Shown in pieces: positions 8,024 to 13,486 of a DNA stretch of 13,486 bases. The position numbers and the translations under genes were made by a program. This DNA is from Octopus sinensis (Eukaryota), in the NCBI RefSeq assembly GCF_006345805.1, contig NW_021826162.1, positions 1 through 13,486 on the forward strand, written 5' to 3'. Numbering within the stretch: position 1 is the stretch's first letter; every line of letters begins with the position of its first letter. The notes below the pieces were generated by a model. The model saw only the letters and a program-made list of their open reading frames with translations, ran no database searches and was not told the origin of the DNA.

Positions 8024-8033
8024 TATATGTATA

Positions 8034-8071
<38 letters not shown>

Positions 8072-8100
8072 TTATATGCATATGTATATGCTTATGAATA
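7674..8100. repeat. Long (TA)n field with a duplicated TGAATACAGACAGATA-(TG)n unit
   Basis: Direct. The 16-mer occurs at 7790-7805 and 7893-7908. Confidence 0.9.
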
Positions 8101-8217
8101 TATAGAGCAGGTCATTATTGATCGCGAAGCGCCTAAAGCCGCGCAGCTTTTGGAGAAAAAAAAACACACCGTTGTTGATCAAAAAATATTTTCATATAAA
8201 TATTTCTTATATTATTG

Positions 8218-8601
8218 GTGGAGGCGCAATGGCCCAGTGGTTAGGGCAGCGGACTCGCGGTCATAGGATCGCGGTTTCGATTCCCAGACCGGGCGTTGTG
8301 AGTGTTTATTGAGCGAAAACACCTAAAGCTCCACGAGGCTCCGGCAGGGGATGGTGGTGATCCCTGCTGTACTCTTTCACCACAACTTTCTCTCACTCTT
8401 ACTTCCTGTTTCTGTTGTACCTGTATTTCAAAGGGCCGGCCTTGTCACTCTTTGTGTCACGCTGTATATCCACGAGAACTACGTTAAAGGTACACGTGTC
8501 TGTGGAGTGCTCAGCCACTTACACGTTAATTTCACGAGCAGGCTGTTCCGTTGATTCGGATCAACCGGAACCCTCGTCGTCGTAACCGAAGGAGTGCTTC
8601 C
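8218..8601 (+). mobile_element. Full-length tRNA-headed SINE, 384 bp, with a 9-bp TSD
   Basis: A-box TGGCCCAGTGG (8230-8240), B-box GTTTCGATTCC (8274-8284) and D-stem GCCC/GGGC. TSD ATATTATTG at 8209-8217 and 8602-8610. The 3' half is homologous to 1457-1868 (minus). Confidence 0.92.
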
Positions 8602-8989
8602 ATATTATTGAAGTTACAGTTGGATTGACTACAATTGGGGGTTTACTAGCTAGGACGAGGAAATCTAAAGTTATGCGTTGACTACATTAGCTCCTATTCA
8701 TAAAGTATTCGAACGCGTAAGTAGTTGAATACCTTTGCTTTAAAAACCTTGAAAATATTATCAAGCATTTAAAAGTCATATTTTATAAGACATATGGAGA
8801 AATATATAAACTCGACTATAATTCGAGTTAGGTTAACAAACCTGAAAATGTTTTGCAAATGTTTGATAATTAAGAATTGGTAATTAATTCGGTTTGGGGG
8901 AAAACAAACCTGTAGGTACAGCCTTGAAAATGGGAAATGATGAATCAAAGTGTGTAAAAATTAAAAAGCGAAGAATGAAGCACTCATGT

Positions 8990-9265
8990 TCGGCACGAAC
9001 CTCAAGGCTCATAAGACTGGAGATTAAGCTGCTGTCCGTGGTTTAACAAACTTTCTCTTCCTCTTCTCCTGAATGGGACGCCAGTCCCTCACGTGGTTAA
9101 CTTCCCAGCTATTGCTGGAAATCATTTACAGCTGAGTGAGCTGAAGCAACACGAAATGAAGTGTTTTGCTAAAAGACAATAACTCAACGCCCAATCCAGG
9201 AATAGAAACTGCGATCTTATCATCGTGAGTGCAACACTGTGACCACTAGACCACGCATCTTCGCA
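8990..9265 (-). mobile_element. Degenerate tRNA-headed SINE with a V-domain-like motif
   Basis: The head on the minus strand (GCGAAGATGCGTGGTCTAGTGG...AGCAAAACACTTCATTTC...CACTCAGCTG) matches 1868-1994. GGGACTGGCGTCCCATTCAG (9088-9069) resembles, from memory, the V-SINE domain. The 3' boundary is approximate. Confidence 0.65.
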
Positions 9266-9479
9266 ACGAAGCCCTAATGGGACGCCAGTCCCTCGCTTGG
9301 TTAACTTTCCAGCTATTGCTGGAAATCATTTACAGCTGAGTGAGCTGAAGCAACACGAAATGAAGTGTTTTGCTAAAAGACAATAACTCAACGCCCAATC
9401 CAGGAATAGAAACTGCGATCTTATCATCGTGAGTGCAACACCGTGACCACTAGACCACGCGTCTTCGCAACGAAGCCCT
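9072..9479. repeat. Direct tandem duplication, 2 x 204 bp
   Basis: 9072-9275 versus 9276-9479: 5 substitutions and no indels by hand alignment. Confidence 0.95.
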
Positions 9480-10022
9480 AAGAGAACCTTAATCTATTGT
9501 CCAGCTTAACACTACAACCTGGCCCTTTGATGCTTTTAACAAAGTTTAATCTGTTGCAAGTATTCAGATCAGTTCACTGCTTTCTCAATTTCTCCCATCA
9601 CTTTCGGAGATCTTCGATAAAAGGTCCATGGACACTGCCCTTATCCTCAGATGAAAAAAAAAAAAATGGAGAAAAAGCGGTGAAATGCGGCTTCAGCAAA
9701 TACTTAGTTAAATGCTTACATTGAATATCAAGTCTTCACCACTCGATAATTAATCCTAGATATAGAGAATCAAAAATTACCTACGTGTTTCTGAAGAGCA
9801 CAAATTATTTTTGAACAGCCGTTTTTTGCGTTGCTTATTCGGCATCTCTGAATATATGCTGATATATTTGACATCAAACGTTTTAATGTTTTTTTTTTAT
9901 TCTCTTCCTTTCTACACCCCTGTCTGTCTGTCTGTCGCTCTCTCTCTGATTATATGTGTGAAAATATTTATCTTTATGTATGAGGAGAATGAAAGCATTT
10001 ATGTCAAATTTATATCAAATTG

Positions 10023-10025
<3 letters not shown>

Positions 10026-10061
<36 letters not shown>

Positions 10062-10068
10062 TCTCTCT
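10026..10068. repeat. (CT)n microsatellite
   Basis: Direct. Confidence 0.95.
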
Positions 10069-10624
10069 CTGTTTACGTGTATGAGCATCTAGTTATGTTT
10101 GTACATGCAATGTCTCTCTCTCTTTCACTCTATCTGTATGTGCATATATTTCTGCTTGTGCACTAATGTGTGTGTGTGTGTGTGTTGGTCTCAAGCGCCA
10201 AAAAGTACTTCCACCAAAACAAGCTGAATGTCCCGTTAGGCTGGGCCAGACAATTAGCGGAAAAAACAGCTGCGCCTCATCGGCTCATTCAGGGTTCCGC
10301 ACCAGACTAAAATACCAAACCACTTTTATGAAGGAAATGATTAGAAAAGGGAAGATATGGTACCATGTTTAGACATTATTATTGCATGCAAAGTAAAGAA
10401 TAATGTATACGCTATTTCATTTGTAATTGGGGATATTGCAATGATACAGGCCCGTCTCTGTAACGATATGAATAAACGATCGAGAAAACCACATTAACAG
10501 GAACTGTAAATATTCCATACATTAACCACGAAAATATTTATAGTATGTCTTTACAAATGTACATTACTCTCTTTATGGATGTAAGAAAATGTTCATTTAT
10601 CTTTCCATTCTCAACAAATTCTAA

Positions 10625-10627
<3 letters not shown>

Positions 10628-10718
<91 letters not shown>

Positions 10719-10762
10719 CATCATCATCGTCATCATCATCATCATCATCGTCATCATCATCA
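10628..10762. repeat. (TAT)n followed by (CAT)n microsatellite
   Basis: Direct. Confidence 0.95.
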
Positions 10763-10898
10763 TTGCTGTTATAAAAAAGGGGAAAACTTATATCAATATT
10801 CTATATAATTTTAATGCTTTTTTTTAAATAATGAAAAAAAAAACGATTTTTTTTTTTAATCTTTCGATATCTTTTGAGCGATGATAACTAAGCACACT

Positions 10899-11053
10899 AA
10901 ATAACAATGAATAATAATGATGATGATGAAGAAGTTGATAATAATAATAATAATAATAATGATGATGAAAATAATAATGATAATAATATGAAAAATAAGA
11001 ATTCTTTGTAATTTAGTAATAATAATAATAATAATAACAACAATAACAATAAC

Positions 11054-11123
<70 letters not shown>

Positions 11124-11215
11124 TAATAATAATAACAATAATAATGATAATAGTAGTAGTAGTAGCATTAACAACAGCAACAACAACAGCGACAACAACA
11201 ACTGTATGAATAATA
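10899..11215. repeat. (AAT)n/(ATG)n/(AAC)n/(AGT)n compound microsatellite
   Basis: Direct. Confidence 0.95.
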
Positions 11216-11705
11216 AAATGCACAATAAGGAAAGATTACCAGCGGCTGCAGCAACCGAAGCAATAGCGAAAGAAACCCCGAAAAAAGTGTTTTGATTCGC
11301 TACATATTTGCCTCTGCGTTAAAAGACAATTTCGTTTAGGGAACAAAATATATAAGAAAACCCCGCTGTTACAAGGTTTCGTTTTTCACTGACGATCACT
11401 CTCTTTCGCTCTGCCTTTGTCTCGGTGCATGCCTAACTTACGTTTCATTCTCGCTTCTCTTTACTGATTCTTAAATTTCTTTTGCTTCAATTTTCTTTTG
11501 TGTTTCTTCGCTCTCTTATTTTGTGTGTGTTGTTTCTCTTGCTTTTAATATTATCTTTGTCTTTTTTTTTTCTTTTACTTATCATTTCATATTTTCAAAA
11601 TTTTTTTTCCATTCAGTCTTTTTTTTCTTCAGTTTTTGTATAAAATATAATCATTTGTATGTCTCACTTCCATTTCTGCTCATTTTCTTACTCTCCCTCT
11701 CTTAC

Positions 11706-11750
11706 GTATATGTATGTATGTATATATAATATATATATATATATATATAA

Positions 11751-11788
<38 letters not shown>

Positions 11789-11833
11789 GTATATATATGC
11801 ATGTATATCTATACATGTATAGATATATGTACA

Positions 11834-11919
<86 letters not shown>

Positions 11920-12343
11920 TAGATATATATACATACACATATATTCACATATGGATATAATGTAAAATATAGTATATATAATATGTATTTTATACTGTAC
12001 TTGTATGTGTCTGTACATACATGAAAACTGTGTAAATATATCTATGCGATATGTATATATATATACATACATACACACACATATATATGCGTGTGGGGCG
12101 GAGTTCGTGTGTGTATACACATGAACACATTATATATATATATATCAAATATATCCATATATGAATACATATGTGTATCTGTATATATATATATATATAT
12201 GCATATGTATACATATGTACATATATGTATATATATGTATATATATGTATATATATAACAAAGTAAACTTGCATGTGTGTGTATATATATTTATATATAA
12301 GAACACACACACACACATATATATATATGCACAAAACATACAC

Positions 12344-12410
<67 letters not shown>

Positions 12411-12465
12411 TATATAAACTGGCATACATATTTATATACAAATGCGCATGTATGTATATATAATA
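11706..12465. repeat. About 750-bp (TA)n/(TATG)n/(CA)n microsatellite field
   Basis: Direct. It is the source of about ten poly-YI ORFs. Confidence 0.95.
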
Positions 12466-12632
12466 ACATTAAGCCTTGCTTTTCAAACTAAGACGTGTTA
12501 ATCTTATTATTCCAACTGATATGCCTGAGATAAAATGCAGCAGAAAGTACAAAACGTATATAAAGTACAAAAAAAGCACAAAATATAACAAAAAGTAATC
12601 AGATTGCGAAATATAGATAAAATAATAAAAAC

Positions 12633-12633
<1 letters not shown>

Positions 12634-12705
<72 letters not shown>

Positions 12706-12730
12706 GTAATGAAAATAGTAATAATAATAA

Positions 12731-12825
<95 letters not shown>
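12634..12825. repeat. (AAT)n microsatellite, about 190 bp
   Basis: Direct. Confidence 0.97.
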
Positions 12826-12826
<1 letters not shown>

Positions 12827-13319
12827 GAAAGAAAAATGTAGAAAAACAAAGTCAAAAAAGTACGACCTGAAAAGGGAAATCATAATTTTATATGTTTTCT
12901 AATATTTTCTAAAAAATATATATGTTTATGTGTATATGTGTGTGTGTGTGTGAGTGTATATGTATATATATATATATATATAGACATTTTTTTTTATATA
13001 CAATTGTTTTTCATTTACTCATTTATTTTTTTCATTTTTTTATTAGTAAGAGAACGTGAAGCGATGACGTATCTCAAAGTGTATATTTTAGTCCTATCAT
13101 AATATGCACTATTGAAAATACTAGAATATTCTGTTATTCACAGCTCCTGTTGTACACACAAACACATACACACACATACACACATGCACACGCACAGATA
13201 TAGGGTCATGCGCATTAACCCTCTACACTTATAAGTACATATGAATGTATAACATATATTGTATCTATGTAGGAAATATATACAATAAACATGTGTGTAA
13301 TACATATAAAATCAAATAT

Positions 13320-13320
13320 A

Positions 13321-13351
<31 letters not shown>

Positions 13352-13359
13352 CTATATAT

Positions 13360-13421
<62 letters not shown>

Positions 13422-13486
13422 ACATATACATATATACAGACAGTTGCATAATATAGACATATAATATACATATATATATGCATGAT
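13320..13486. repeat. (TA)n microsatellite running to the window end
   Basis: Direct. Confidence 0.95.

Noticed and set aside
8620-8722. TTACAG...GTAAGT pair suggesting a plus-strand exon
   Set aside because: There are stop codons in all three frames within about 35 nt of the acceptor.
8809-8829. 7-bp inverted repeat AACTCGA-7 nt-TCGAGTT, and a similar small hairpin ACGGCATTG/CAATACCGT near 7096-7118
   Set aside because: Too short to exceed chance in 13.5 kb, with no supporting context.
9072-9479. Direct repeats as a possible CRISPR array or LTR pair
   Set aside because: There are only two abutting 204-bp units with no spacers, no TG...CA ends and no internal region. The content is SINE-derived and the context is eukaryotic.
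11659-13460. Numerous YIYIYI, poly-Ile, poly-Asn and poly-Leu ORFs
   Set aside because: All are read-throughs of (TA)n or (AAT)n microsatellites with no coding signal.

Overview
This 13.5-kb window is AT-rich, eukaryotic and non-coding. I find no supportable protein-coding exon, tRNA, rRNA or CRISPR array; the listed ORFs are microsatellite or repeat read-throughs. The window is a patchwork of very long (TA)n/(TG)n/(AAT)n/(CAT)n/(CAC)n/(GTA)n microsatellites and non-autonomous mobile elements. The repeat families and microsatellite load strongly suggest an Octopus genome (recognised from memory, not searched). It holds about ten tRNA-headed SINE copies or fragments from at least four families, one TA-flanked Tc2/pogo-like MITE and one hAT/Charlie-like MITE. 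Three insertions are nested, with target-site duplications that let their order be inferred. The most unusual structure is a perfect 53-bp-arm palindrome at 7564-7673. Its arms carry the 3' half of a minimal hammerhead-ribozyme motif, as expected of a fold-back product of a Penelope-like element end. Other notable items are modular head/tail swapping among SINEs, a SINE inserted into its own family, inverted SINE pairs that could form dsRNA, and a 204-bp tandem duplication.
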